Shown here: positions 27,901 to 37,994 of the stretch, piece after piece
How the letters are laid out: each line of letters opens with the position of its first letter
Numbering within the stretch: the stretch's first letter is position 1
Assembly (NCBI GenBank): GCA_040285615.1
Contig: JAVJRL010000012.1
Span: forward strand, 765,257 to 829,256
Direction: 5' to 3'
DNA length: 64,000 bases
Source: Allomuricauda sp.
GTDB lineage: Bacteria > Bacteroidota > Bacteroidia > Flavobacteriales > Flavobacteriaceae
Program-made: the position numbers and the translations under genes
Notes under the pieces: model-generated
Databases searched by the model: none
What the model was told of the DNA's origin: nothing
What the model saw: only the letters and a program-made list of their open reading frames with translations

Positions 27901-29493
27901 TTAGTATCCTGGGTTTTGTACTAGGTTAGGGTTAGCCAAAACGTCAGCTTCTGGGATTGGGAAAATTAGTTTTGTTTCATCCCCTGCTTCTTTAAGGTTC
28001 CAAGCTCTTAGGTATTGTCCAAACCTAATCAGGTCTTGTCTCCTGGTCATTTCTTGGTACATTTCCCTTCCTCTTTCAGCTAACAAATCTGCTTCGGTAA
28101 CTGCGGCAAGTGGAGATGCACCCCTCTTATCCCTAAGTTCATTGATCATGGCCAAAGGATTGTTACCCATTCTGAACATGGCTTCAGCTTTCATTAGATA
28201 GGCATCACCAAAACGATATCTTACAACGTGTTGTCTTCTATCGCCACCTTCTTCATTGGGGTGGTATTTCAGCATTCTGATACCAGAGGTTTCCAGAACA
28301 TCGTTATCACCGGGAGATGTATATTCGGCTTTTTCAGTTTCCCTGGTAAATACCAAAGGAATTCCTCCGACATTATCTCTTGCATTCAATGGAGTTCCAT
28401 CTTGCTCATACTGTTGGTTAATTAGGAAACCTAAACCTATACCAAGGTTTTCAGCATTGGCAGTACTTGGGTCGTGAACCATACCTCTACGTTCTTCTTG
28501 TCCATCATCTGGATAGTTGGTATCAGATGGTCCTTCGAATAAATCATAGAATTCTGCAAGTGTGGTAAAACCATTCCAACCACCTCCATCATTGAAACCT
28601 GGGAAGTTTTGATTATAGTGCAGTGTATGCCATATTCTAGCCCCTGCATCAGAAGGAACCCACCAAATGGTTTCTGTATCATTGCTTGGTTTAAAGATGT
28701 CAAAAAATTCTCCTGATTCGGCAAGGGTGTAACCACTGTCAGCAATATCATCAACTGCATCGATAACCACTTGCATGTCTGCTGCCTGTGGGCTGGAACC
28801 AAGATACACGTGTTTGTTCAAATGAAGTTGTGCCATCAAATGTAGAGCAGAAGCTTTTGTAGGGTTTGATTTCGAAGCAATACCATCTCCTGCGGTTACA
28901 TCCGGTAAATCTTGAATGGCAATGTTTAAATCACTAACAATTGAGTCAATGGCAGCTTGACCGGTCAATACTTCAGGAATTGCACTGTTTGGAAGGTCTA
29001 CATCCCTGTAAGGCACCTGTCTCCACATGTCCAAAATCCAAGACATGGCCCAAGCTCTGTAGAACCGTGCCTCCGCTTTTTGCTGCGTGATATCCCCGCT
29101 TGCTGTGTTAACACTTTTAGGGCTTATAACCCTAGTAGCGTTGATGGTTACACTGTTGAGTTGTTGCCATGGTACAACAATATCAGATAACTCGGCATTC
29201 CATGTTTGTCTGTGAATAGACAACCATCTGCCATTATCTCCCCAGTCGGTACCTCTTGTGGGTACTACATATTCGTCTGTGGATACTTCATTTAGTGCAA
29301 AGAGTCCTTCTTGGTTTCCCAATTGGCCACCAGCCACAATGTTTCTTAGGTTCGCAACTTCACCTTGAACATTTGCGACTCCGGCGAACCCGTCTGTAAT
29401 CAATGAGTCTGTACCTTCAATCTCCAAATCGGTGCAAGAAAACACCAAGGAGGCCAAAAGTGTAAGATTTAAATATTTAGTTATTTTCTTCAT
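27901..29493 (-). CDS. susD: SusD/RagB-family nutrient-binding outer-membrane lipoprotein
   Basis: The lipobox is LLASLVFSC. It lies directly downstream of a SusC-type TonB-dependent transporter. The C-terminus is typical of the SusD fold (RFGDAYLMKAEA..., ERGREMYQEMTRRQDLIRFG). Confidence 0.9.
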   Translation of the reverse strand: MKKITKYLNLTLLASLVFSCTDLEIEGTDSLITDGFAGVANVQGEVANLRNIVAGGQLGNQEGLFALNEVSTDEYVVPTRGTDWGDNGRWLSIHRQTWNAELSDIVVPWQQLNSVTINATRVISPKSVNTASGDITQQKAEARFYRAWAMSWILDMWRQVPYRDVDLPNSAIPEVLTGQAAIDSIVSDLNIAIQDLPDVTAGDGIASKSNPTKASALHLMAQLHLNKHVYLGSSPQAADMQVVIDAVDDIADSGYTLAESGEFFDIFKPSNDTETIWWVPSDAGARIWHTLHYNQNFPGFNDGGGWNGFTTLAEFYDLFEGPSDTNYPDDGQEERRGMVHDPSTANAENLGIGLGFLINQQYEQDGTPLNARDNVGGIPLVFTRETEKAEYTSPGDNDVLETSGIRMLKYHPNEEGGDRRQHVVRYRFGDAYLMKAEAMFRMGNNPLAMINELRDKRGASPLAAVTEADLLAERGREMYQEMTRRQDLIRFGQYLRAWNLKEAGDETKLIFPIPEADVLANPNLVQNPGY

Positions 29494-29504
29494 TTTGCAA
29501 TTTT

Positions 29505-32500
29505 TTAAAATGTAACATTAACCCCAAAACTATATGTTCTAGGTCTTGGGTATTGAAGATAATCAATAGAAGCTGATGGCAAGCCATTAGCTGGTACGTC
29601 TGTTGTGCTCACTTCTGGGTCTAAACCACTATAGTCTGTTATTAAAAACAAGTTTTGACCGTTTACACTAAGACGCATGCTTTTGAATGTGCCTTCACCA
29701 CTTAATGGAACGTTATATGAAATTGAAGCCGATTGAAGCCTTACAAAATCTCCTTTTTCCAAGAAATATGTACTTGGATTTGTTGCGGATAAAGTAATTC
29801 CGTTGTCCACAACACTTGTTAAATTATTTCTACTTCCAATCTGTGGAGCTGCAAACAAAGCGTTAGCTGTATTGTTGTATACATAGTGTCCAAATTGACC
29901 AGAGAAGAACAATGCTGCATCCCAATTCTTATATGAAGCGGATGTGGAGAATCCTGCAATGACTTTTGGTAGCCCTGATTTATCCAAAACAGTGGGGTCT
30001 GTTTCTACGTTGTAGTTTTCATCAACTAAACGAAGGTTGTAGGTAAACAGCGGTTTTCCATCTGTAAGGATTTGCGAAGTTGTACCTGTGAGCCCTTGTC
30101 CGTATAGGTTACCGGCGCGAATATCGGGTCCAGCATAATCAGTTAGTTCGTTCTGGTTGTATGAAATGTTGAAATTAGCATTCCAGTTGAAGTCCTCAGA
30201 TCTTACAATGTCGTAGTCCAAGCCCAATTCAATACCTTGGTTAACAATTACCCCATCAACATTTTGGAAAACAAATGGAGATGTTGCTGGCTGAACAGCA
30301 GGTAAATTCAATAGGATATCACTGGTTTCCTTACGGTACAAATCAATGTTACCTGTAAAGCGATCATTGTTGAAACCAAAATCGATACCAAATCCATATT
30401 GAGTTGTTTCTTCCCATTTAAGGTCTGGATTAGCAAATGCTACCTCAGAAGTCGCCGGTGCGGTAATTTGTGAATTGGCCCCAATACCTAATTGGTTCCA
30501 TCTGGTTCTGTTCACAAATTGACCGTAACCAAGACCATCTTGGTTACCAGTGATACCCCAGCTCAATCTCATTTTCAAAGTTGAGAAAGCGTCTCCTGTG
30601 AAATCTTCTTCATTTAATTTCCAAGCGAAGGCAGCTGATGGGAAGTAACCGTATTGGTTGTTTCCACCAAATCTTGATGATCCATCCGCTCTAACAGTGG
30701 CAGTAAACAGATACTTGTCATAAAGCGTATAATTAACCCTTCCAAAGAACGATTGAAGTTCATCTGTATTATCAAAGGTGTCTACGGTAAATGCATCCAT
30801 TGAAATAGTAGGTAAACTCAGTGTGCTTTCATTCACATTAGGTGTCAATCCTAAAATTCTAAATTGATCACCGGCATCGACATCATTTTGAAATGTACCA
30901 ATACCATATGCTTGATAGTTACTTGCAAGATTGTAGGTTGCATCATAGGCACTATTGGTCATATCCACTATTTCACTTAATACAGAAGTTCCATATCCTT
31001 GTCCTAACATGTTTTGTCCCTTCCTGTTAAAATCTTGAAATGAATAACCGATAAGAGCATCCAAATTGGAGTTGTCAAATTGCTTTTGATAGTTTAGCGT
31101 TAATTCCACCAATCTATTCTCTGTGTCAAGGTTACTTACAGCGGCACGGCCGTTGTTTTCAGCACCATTGTTCAAAGCCAATATTTGAGGACCAGATACC
31201 TGTCCCCTTGCGGAGCTGGATGTATCATATCCAAAATTTATCTTAGCAGAAAGTTCATCTGTAATGTCATACTCCAATGATAGGTTTCCAAGAAATCTAT
31301 CAGTATGGGTATTGTCATCGTAATAGGCCAATAGGTTGGCAGGATTTCTATCCGGCGCAGCACTAATGTTTGGATTGGCAGGTAATGTTGGATTAGCGTA
31401 ATAAGCCGAGGCTAATAAATCACCTGTACTACCAGATGTTCTACTTATGAAAGGTGCTTGGTCGTTAATTCTAGAAACCGTGGTTTGAAGATTAACCCTA
31501 AGCTTGTCGTCAAAAAATCGGTGTGCGGCGTTTACCCTACCGGTAATTCTTTCCAAATTCGTATTTTCGATAACACCAAATTGTTTGGAATAACCGAATG
31601 TTGCTCTAACGTTGCCTTGTCCATAATTTTGGGAATAGGATAAGTTGTTGTCAGTAGAGGCGGTGGTTCTAAAAATGTAGCGCTGCCAATCAGTAGAGCC
31701 TCCCAAGTTGGACCCTCCTCTTTCAACAAACTCGTCAGCAGACAAAAGATCATATTCGTTGGCTACAGAAGAAATATTTAATGTAGAAGAGAAGCCCCAT
31801 TGTCCATTGGACCCTCCACCTTTTCCTGATTTGGTAGTAATTACAACTACACCATTCGCACCTCTGGAACCATATATTGCGGTTGCAGAAGCATCTTTTA
31901 AGATACTCATGCTCTCAATATCATTCGGGTTTAAGAAGTTCAATGGGTTTTTGGAACCACTGGTACCAACCCCAACGTCGGCACCACCTGCGGATACATT
32001 TTCGTTGGTTACTGGAACGCCATCAATAACAAATAGTGGACTGCTATTTGATCTAACAGAGGCAGTACCACGAATTCTAAGTGTAATTCCTGCACCTGGT
32101 TCACCACTGGTTTGTGTAATTTGAACCCCGGAGGTTTTACCTTGAATCAACTGTTCCGGAGAAGAGATAACCCCTTGGTTAAAATCTTCAGAGGTTACAG
32201 CGGCAACCGCTCCGGTCGCATCTTTTACGGTAGTTTGACCGTAGCCGATTATAACAACCTCATCCAGAGCTTGGGCATCTTCTTCTAGGGAAACGTTAAT
32301 GGTAGATTGGCCACTTACCGCAATTTCCACGGTTTTATAACCAATATAACTAAAAACCAATGTAGCAGAATCCGCAACATCGTTAAGGGTGTAGTTACCA
32401 TCAAAATCGGTTTGCGTACCATTGGTAGTTCCTTTAACCAATACGCTCGCCCCCGGCAACGGCCCGTTTGCATCCGAAACGGTACCTGATACTGTCTGAG

Positions 32501-32567
32501 CTTTCGCCAACCCAAAGCATAAAAATGCTCCAAGCAACAAAAAGCTTTTTAGTAGCGTAATCTTCAT
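29505..32567 (-). CDS. susC: SusC/RagA-family TonB-dependent outer-membrane transporter
   Basis: A signal peptide is followed by a carboxypeptidase-regulatory-like domain (VSGTVSDANGPLPGASVLVKGTTNGTQTDFDGNY) and a plug (VVIIGYGQTTVKDATGAV...ILKDASATAIYGSRGANGVVVITTK). The barrel ends in YSFGVNVTF. Total length is 1020 aa. Confidence 0.95.
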   Translation of the reverse strand: MKITLLKSFLLLGAFLCFGLAKAQTVSGTVSDANGPLPGASVLVKGTTNGTQTDFDGNYTLNDVADSATLVFSYIGYKTVEIAVSGQSTINVSLEEDAQALDEVVIIGYGQTTVKDATGAVAAVTSEDFNQGVISSPEQLIQGKTSGVQITQTSGEPGAGITLRIRGTASVRSNSSPLFVIDGVPVTNENVSAGGADVGVGTSGSKNPLNFLNPNDIESMSILKDASATAIYGSRGANGVVVITTKSGKGGGSNGQWGFSSTLNISSVANEYDLLSADEFVERGGSNLGGSTDWQRYIFRTTASTDNNLSYSQNYGQGNVRATFGYSKQFGVIENTNLERITGRVNAAHRFFDDKLRVNLQTTVSRINDQAPFISRTSGSTGDLLASAYYANPTLPANPNISAAPDRNPANLLAYYDDNTHTDRFLGNLSLEYDITDELSAKINFGYDTSSSARGQVSGPQILALNNGAENNGRAAVSNLDTENRLVELTLNYQKQFDNSNLDALIGYSFQDFNRKGQNMLGQGYGTSVLSEIVDMTNSAYDATYNLASNYQAYGIGTFQNDVDAGDQFRILGLTPNVNESTLSLPTISMDAFTVDTFDNTDELQSFFGRVNYTLYDKYLFTATVRADGSSRFGGNNQYGYFPSAAFAWKLNEEDFTGDAFSTLKMRLSWGITGNQDGLGYGQFVNRTRWNQLGIGANSQITAPATSEVAFANPDLKWEETTQYGFGIDFGFNNDRFTGNIDLYRKETSDILLNLPAVQPATSPFVFQNVDGVIVNQGIELGLDYDIVRSEDFNWNANFNISYNQNELTDYAGPDIRAGNLYGQGLTGTTSQILTDGKPLFTYNLRLVDENYNVETDPTVLDKSGLPKVIAGFSTSASYKNWDAALFFSGQFGHYVYNNTANALFAAPQIGSRNNLTSVVDNGITLSATNPSTYFLEKGDFVRLQSASISYNVPLSGEGTFKSMRLSVNGQNLFLITDYSGLDPEVSTTDVPANGLPSASIDYLQYPRPRTYSFGVNVTF

Positions 32568-32662
32568 AAATAATTAATTTTAAGTTTAGTTAATTTTAAT
32601 TCAAGTGTTAAACATATATAAAAAAAAGGTTAATCTAAATTTAAGTATATTGCAAAATATAA

Positions 32663-32676
32663 CGAAAACGGTTTCG
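32663..32676. promoter_or_regulatory. Candidate LacI-family operator (CG-centred imperfect palindrome)
   Basis: The sequence cgaaaa-cg-gtttcg has 5 of 6 symmetric positions around a central CG, which is the usual LacI-family operator geometry. It sits in the susC/lacI divergent spacer, about 96 nt upstream of the susC ATG. This is a single site and is not supported by comparison with other genomes. Confidence 0.3.
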
Positions 32677-32934
32677 TGTTAATAACTTTCGGAAGTGTTG
32701 ATTTCACAGATATAAATAAGTCAGTTTGTTTAAATCCCAGTAAAAGGAGCAATAATTAAGAATACAACAAAAACTGCTCTAATATAGCGATTTTATTTTT
32801 TGAACCATATCATTAAGTATTACAAGAGGATACATTTGTTCTCTTTTTGTTAAAAAAGTAGGATTTCTGTACGGCCTTATACCTTAATTGAGTAATTTTC
32901 CGTTCAAAATCATTTCGCTTTAAACTTTTCATCA

Positions 32935-33954
32935 TTGAAAGCCAAGATTACCTTAAAAGATATAGCCCGTGAGCTTGAGGTGTCCATATCCACCGTTTCC
33001 AAGGCACTTAAGAATAGTGAGGAAATAAGCAGGGATACTAAAGATAAGGTGCAAGCCTTCGCCAAACTTTACAATTACAAGCCGAATAACATTGCGATTA
33101 GTCTAAAAAATAAAAGGACCAAGAATATTGGGGTCGTAATTCCAGATATTGTTCATCATTTTTTCACCACCGTTATTAGGGGTATTGAGAAATATGCAAA
33201 TGCTAGAGGGTATAACGTAATTGTTTGTCTTTCCGAAGAATCTTTTGATAAAGAGGTAATCAATATGGAAATGTTGGCCAATGGAAGTATTGACGGGTTT
33301 ATAATGTCACTTTCCTCGGAAACACAGGAAAAATCCGATTATAACCACCTTAAGGAAGTAACTGAACAGGGTATTCCCGTAGTGCTTTTTGATAGGATAA
33401 CCAATGAAGTGGACTGCGATAAAGTGATCATTGATGATGAACTCGGAGCTTATCAAGCTACCAATAAATTCATAGATCAAGGAAAAAAGAAAATAGCACT
33501 TATCACAACAGATGATTATCTCAGTGTAAGTAAGGCCCGTACCAAAGGATATAGAAAAGCGCTAGAAGAGAGCAATCTTGGAATTGATGAATCTATGATC
33601 CTAAAAATGCCATCGATGGAAATGGATGAATTGGCCATCAAAACTTTTTTAAACGAAAAAGAGCCTGATGCCGTATTGTGTGTAAATGAAATCTTTGCGG
33701 TCTACAGCATGCGATTGGTTCAAGAAAAAGGCCTTAAAATTCCCGAGGATATCGCATTTATTGGGTTTACTGATGGTGTTTTGTCAAAATATGCGAACCC
33801 CAGCCTTACCGTTGTGGCACAACATGGAGAAAAAATGGGAGAGGTGTCTGCAAAAATGTTGATAGATAAAGTAGAAAGTGAAGCCGAGGAAGAAACCTAT
33901 CAAACCAAAATACTGGAACCTACTTTGGTGATCAGGGATTCTATTGCACACTAA
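32935..33954 (+). CDS. LacI-family transcriptional regulator
   Basis: The N-terminal HTH is ITLKDIARELEVSISTVSKALKNSEEIS, followed by a periplasmic-binding-protein-like sugar-binding core. The start codon is TTG and there is no in-frame ATG nearby. Confidence 0.9.
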   Translation: MKAKITLKDIARELEVSISTVSKALKNSEEISRDTKDKVQAFAKLYNYKPNNIAISLKNKRTKNIGVVIPDIVHHFFTTVIRGIEKYANARGYNVIVCLSEESFDKEVINMEMLANGSIDGFIMSLSSETQEKSDYNHLKEVTEQGIPVVLFDRITNEVDCDKVIIDDELGAYQATNKFIDQGKKKIALITTDDYLSVSKARTKGYRKALEESNLGIDESMILKMPSMEMDELAIKTFLNEKEPDAVLCVNEIFAVYSMRLVQEKGLKIPEDIAFIGFTDGVLSKYANPSLTVVAQHGEKMGEVSAKMLIDKVESEAEEETYQTKILEPTLVIRDSIAH

Positions 33955-33983
33955 TTAAGTTTACACTTTTCATTCATGGCAGC

Positions 33984-35855
33984 ATGAAAACTATAAAAAC
34001 CCTCACTTTTTTAATAATTCTCGTGACCGTATCTTCGTGCAAGCACGAACGCAATCCAAATCCGACCACCCAGCCAATGAAGAAGAAAGAAGTAGTCTAT
34101 CAGGTATTTACCCGCTTATTTGGAAACACAAATACGACCAATAAACCTTGGGGTACCATTGAGGAAAATGGCGTGGGCAAGTTTGCAGATTTCTCAGATA
34201 CGGCTTTGTCCAAAATAAAGGATTTGGGAGTAACCCATGTTTGGTATACAGGTGTGCCGCATCATGCAGTTATAAATGATTATACGGGTTATGGCATTTC
34301 CAACGACGACCCCGATGTGGTGAAAGGAAGAGCAGGGTCACCCTATGCCGTTAAGGATTATTACAATGTAAACCCTGATTTGGCGACCGACCCCTCAAAA
34401 AGATTGGAAGAGTTCAAAGAACTTATACAACGAACACATAATGCCGGCTTAAAAGTAATTATCGATATAGTTCCCAACCATGTGGCAAGAAATTATGAGG
34501 GGATGACCAACCCCAAAGGTGTCGAGGATTTTGGTGCTTCGGATGACACAAGTAAAGAATATGAAGTAAACAACAATTTTTACTACATCCCTGGCGAACC
34601 ATTCAAAGTTCCAGAATGGAAAGATGGATATTTACCCTTGGGAGGTGATGAAAACAGGTTGGCCGATGCAAAATTTGAAGAAGTCCCTGCAAAATGGACA
34701 GGAAACGGATCCCGATTGGCACAACCTCATTTTAATGATTGGTACGAAACCGTAAAAATCAATTATGGTGTGCGTCCAGATGGCACAAAAGACTTTGAGG
34801 AACTGCCCGAAGAATACCGTAATAAAGATTATGAAGCGCATTTTGAGTTTTGGAAAGATAAGACCATTCCGGATTCCTGGCATAAATTTAGGGACATAAC
34901 ACAGTATTGGTTGGATTTTGGTGTAGACGGCTTCCGTTTTGATATGGCCGAAATGGTACCGGTAGAATTTTGGAGCTACCTCAATTCCAATATTAAAATA
35001 AAAAACCCTGAAGCTTTTTTATTGGCCGAAGTATACAATCCAGACTTGTACCGTGATTATATCCACCAAGGTAAAATGGATTACCTATATGACAAGGTAG
35101 AGCTTTACGATAGCATTAAGCACATTATGAAGGGTTATGGCTGGACGGACCATATTCCCGTAGTGCAAAAAGGGATGGCAGACATTGAACATCATATGCT
35201 CCACTTTTTGGAAAATCATGATGAGCAACGTATCGCCAGCCCCGATTTTGTGGGAAATGCCCAATTGGGAAAGCCCGCCATGGTAGTTTCTGCAACAATT
35301 AGTACCTCGCCTACTATGATCTATTTTGGGCAGGAAGTCGGAGAACCAGGAGCTGAGAATGCAGGCTTCGGAAAATCCACACGCACTTCCATTTTTGATT
35401 ATATCGGAGTGCCCTACCACCAAAGATGGGTCAACAATAAAAAGTTTGATGGCGGTCAATTATCCGAAAAGGAAAAAAGCTTACGTGATTTCTACAAACG
35501 ACTCTTAAACTTTACCATAAATAGTGAAGCGTTGATGGGTGAGTACCAAGAAATTCACTTTTATAATAAAGATAACACCGAAGGCTACGATCATAGGGTG
35601 CTCTCCTACGTAAGATGGTCAAGTGATGAAAAGCTAATTGTCCTGTCCAATTTTGATGCACATAAAGTTTATTCCTTCAGCTTAAAAGTTCCTGAGGAGG
35701 TAATTTCCAAATGGAAGTTGAAGGATGGTAAATATCCATTGACCGAAGCATTGTATGGCGAGCTTAAAACAAATATGGCCATAAACAATGGTCAAGGTCA
35801 AATCCAAGTGGAATTGGAGCCATTGCAGTCCTATATTTTTAAGATTACAGAATAA
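33984..35855 (+). CDS. Alpha-amylase family (GH13) lipoprotein
   Basis: The lipobox is ILVTVSSC. The GH13 conserved regions are VIIDIVPNHVA (I), GVDGFRFDMAEMV (II, nucleophile Asp), LLAEVY (III, Glu) and FLENHDEQR (IV). Confidence 0.9.
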   Translation: MKTIKTLTFLIILVTVSSCKHERNPNPTTQPMKKKEVVYQVFTRLFGNTNTTNKPWGTIEENGVGKFADFSDTALSKIKDLGVTHVWYTGVPHHAVINDYTGYGISNDDPDVVKGRAGSPYAVKDYYNVNPDLATDPSKRLEEFKELIQRTHNAGLKVIIDIVPNHVARNYEGMTNPKGVEDFGASDDTSKEYEVNNNFYYIPGEPFKVPEWKDGYLPLGGDENRLADAKFEEVPAKWTGNGSRLAQPHFNDWYETVKINYGVRPDGTKDFEELPEEYRNKDYEAHFEFWKDKTIPDSWHKFRDITQYWLDFGVDGFRFDMAEMVPVEFWSYLNSNIKIKNPEAFLLAEVYNPDLYRDYIHQGKMDYLYDKVELYDSIKHIMKGYGWTDHIPVVQKGMADIEHHMLHFLENHDEQRIASPDFVGNAQLGKPAMVVSATISTSPTMIYFGQEVGEPGAENAGFGKSTRTSIFDYIGVPYHQRWVNNKKFDGGQLSEKEKSLRDFYKRLLNFTINSEALMGEYQEIHFYNKDNTEGYDHRVLSYVRWSSDEKLIVLSNFDAHKVYSFSLKVPEEVISKWKLKDGKYPLTEALYGELKTNMAINNGQGQIQVELEPLQSYIFKITE

Positions 35856-35973
35856 AACGGACCAAAAGAACAATAGTTCCATTGCTGCAATTGCGTACTG
35901 TTTTCTTCCAACAGGAAATGATAAGGTTTTTTCATTTTCAAATTGTATTTTTAACCTTCAAAACCCAACCAGA

Positions 35974-36726
35974 ATGAAGAAGAATTTATTTGTAGCTCTT
36001 GTAGCTATTTTGCTTTTAACAAGTTGTGAGATGACAAAATCAAAACCTTTGGTAATTGGACACAGAGGTGCCATGGGTCATGAGACCGAGAACACCTTAG
36101 CGTCAGTCCAGAAAGCTTTAGATCTTGGAGTAGACATGATTGAAATAGACGTGTTTAGGATCCAAAGTGGTGAAATAGTCGTTTTTCATGATGAAAAAGT
36201 GGATAGACTAGCCAATTCAGGGGGAAATATTGAGGAATATAATATTGTTCAATTAAGACAGCTCACTTTGAATGGGGGGCATAAAATCCCGATGCTCCAG
36301 AGTGTGTTGAAACTAATTAATAATCAAGTGGCTTTGAATATTGAGCTTAAAGGAGCTGGAACTGCAGATAAAGTCAATCAAATAGTAAACTATTATGCAG
36401 AAAAACAAGGTTGGAGCCCAGACAATTTTATCATTTCCAGCTTTAAATGGGATGAGCTAAAGGATTTGAGAAGCCTTAATAAGGATATAAAAATTGCAGT
36501 ATTAACGGAAGAAGACCCAACCAAAGCCATTGCTATTGCAAAAGAACTAAATGCAGTCGCCATAAATCCCAACTTTAAAAGACTTACCAAAGAAAACACC
36601 GCAAAAATTCAGGAAGAGGGATTTAAGGTATACACATGGACGGTAAACGAACCCGAAGACATTCAAAAAATGGTTGAGTTCGGGGTTGATGGAATTATTA
36701 CCAATTACCCTGAACGTGTGAATTAA
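35974..36726 (+). CDS. Glycerophosphodiester phosphodiesterase lipoprotein
   Basis: ORF 35788..36726 overlaps the GH13 gene. The ATG at 35974 gives the lipobox MKKNLFVALVAILLLTSC. GDPD motifs are VIGHRGAMGHETENT, MIEIDV and VVFHDE. Confidence 0.85.
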   Translation: MKKNLFVALVAILLLTSCEMTKSKPLVIGHRGAMGHETENTLASVQKALDLGVDMIEIDVFRIQSGEIVVFHDEKVDRLANSGGNIEEYNIVQLRQLTLNGGHKIPMLQSVLKLINNQVALNIELKGAGTADKVNQIVNYYAEKQGWSPDNFIISSFKWDELKDLRSLNKDIKIAVLTEEDPTKAIAIAKELNAVAINPNFKRLTKENTAKIQEEGFKVYTWTVNEPEDIQKMVEFGVDGIITNYPERVN

Positions 36727-37991
36727 TGTTCGACGTCATAATAGTAGGAGGCGGAGCTGCAGGATTTTATGCGGCTATTCAAATCGCGGAACTATCGCCC
36801 GACTTAAATATTGCCATTTTTGAAAGAGGCAAAACCGTACTTTCCAAAGTAAAGGTTTCTGGAGGAGGAAGATGCAATGTGACACATGGTGAATTTTTAC
36901 CAAAAGAATTGGCGACCAATTACCCAAGAGGTGAAAAAGAACTTTTGGGACCTTTCCATAAATATGCCCCTATGGACGTGATGTCCTTTTTTGAAGAACG
37001 AGGGGTCCCCCTCAAAATTGAAGAAGATGGTCGTGTATTTCCGAAAAGTGATTCCTCTCAAAGTATTATAGATTGTTTGGTTGGTGAAGCCGACCGATTG
37101 GGGGTTCATGTTTTAAAAAATAGCTCTGTAAAAGACATCAACAAAACTGATGGGGGGTGGCAAGTCACCACCATGAACAAGCACTACCAGACCAAAAAAT
37201 TGATGTTGGCTACAGGCAGTAACCCCAAAATCTGGAAACAGTTGGAAAATTTGGGACATCATATTGTATCTCCGGTGCCTTCCCTGTTTACTTTTAATAT
37301 CAATGACAAAAGGATACAAGGCATTCAAGGCATAAGCACTTATGCTATGGTTGAGGTTGTTTCCAGGAAAACTTTCCAGACAAACAAACAAGCACTTAAC
37401 CTTAAAAGTAAGGTCAAGGATGATACGGTCCTTTACGCTGATGGCCCACTTTTGATAACACACTGGGGATTGAGCGGCCCTGCTATTCTGAAACTTTCCG
37501 CTTGGGGAGCTAACATCCTGCACGATTATAAATATTCTTTTAGAATAAAAGTGAACTGGTTGCCCGATTATAGCACGGAATCCATGGGGGCCTATCTAAA
37601 AGATTTAAAAGGAGTCGAGGCTAAAAAAACCGTTATGCGCACCAATGTTACCGAACTTCCAAAGCGTCTGTGGAAACGTTTGGTGGAAGCGGCCAATATT
37701 GCACCTGAAGAACGCTGGGGAGACATCAATAAAGAGCAGCTTCAAGGACTGTCCGAACAATTGACGGCCTCATCATTTAAGGTAGAGGGGAAAAGCACCT
37801 TCAAAGAGGAATTCGTTACGGCTGGTGGGGTGGATCTAAAAGAAATCAATTTTAAGACTTTTGAGAGCAAATTACATTCCAACCTCTACTTTGCTGGCGA
37901 AATCATCAACGTAGATGCCATTACTGGAGGGTTTAACTTTCAAAATGCATGGACTGGCGCCTATACTGCTGCTCAGGCTATAGTTTCCTAA
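36726..37991 (+). CDS. NAD(P)/FAD-dependent oxidoreductase, HI0933/BaiN family
   Basis: MFDVIIVGGGAAGFYAAIQ is a dinucleotide-binding fold. SGGGRCNVTH and the C-terminal FAGEIINVDAITGGFNFQNAWTGA are typical of the HI0933-like family. The start overlaps the upstream stop (TAATG). Confidence 0.85.
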   Translation: MFDVIIVGGGAAGFYAAIQIAELSPDLNIAIFERGKTVLSKVKVSGGGRCNVTHGEFLPKELATNYPRGEKELLGPFHKYAPMDVMSFFEERGVPLKIEEDGRVFPKSDSSQSIIDCLVGEADRLGVHVLKNSSVKDINKTDGGWQVTTMNKHYQTKKLMLATGSNPKIWKQLENLGHHIVSPVPSLFTFNINDKRIQGIQGISTYAMVEVVSRKTFQTNKQALNLKSKVKDDTVLYADGPLLITHWGLSGPAILKLSAWGANILHDYKYSFRIKVNWLPDYSTESMGAYLKDLKGVEAKKTVMRTNVTELPKRLWKRLVEAANIAPEERWGDINKEQLQGLSEQLTASSFKVEGKSTFKEEFVTAGGVDLKEINFKTFESKLHSNLYFAGEIINVDAITGGFNFQNAWTGAYTAAQAIVS

Positions 37992-37994
37992 AAA

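Noticed and set aside
32831-32838. TACATTTG, an exact match to the Bacteroidetes -7 promoter consensus TAnnTTTG, 97 nt upstream of lacI.
   Set aside because: An 8-mer with two free positions is expected by chance in a 367-bp AT-rich spacer. The nearest upstream TTTG is 28 nt away rather than the expected 19-21 nt or so. I did not call it as a feature.
35788-35973. TTG- or alternative-start N-terminal extensions in the track (35788, 10424..10579, 2824, 8205, 14082, 48127..48174, 53390..53449, 60618..60692).
   Set aside because: The extensions overlap neighbouring genes or precede an internal ATG that gives a clean signal peptide, lipobox or canonical N-terminus. I used the downstream starts. 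The exact starts remain unverified.
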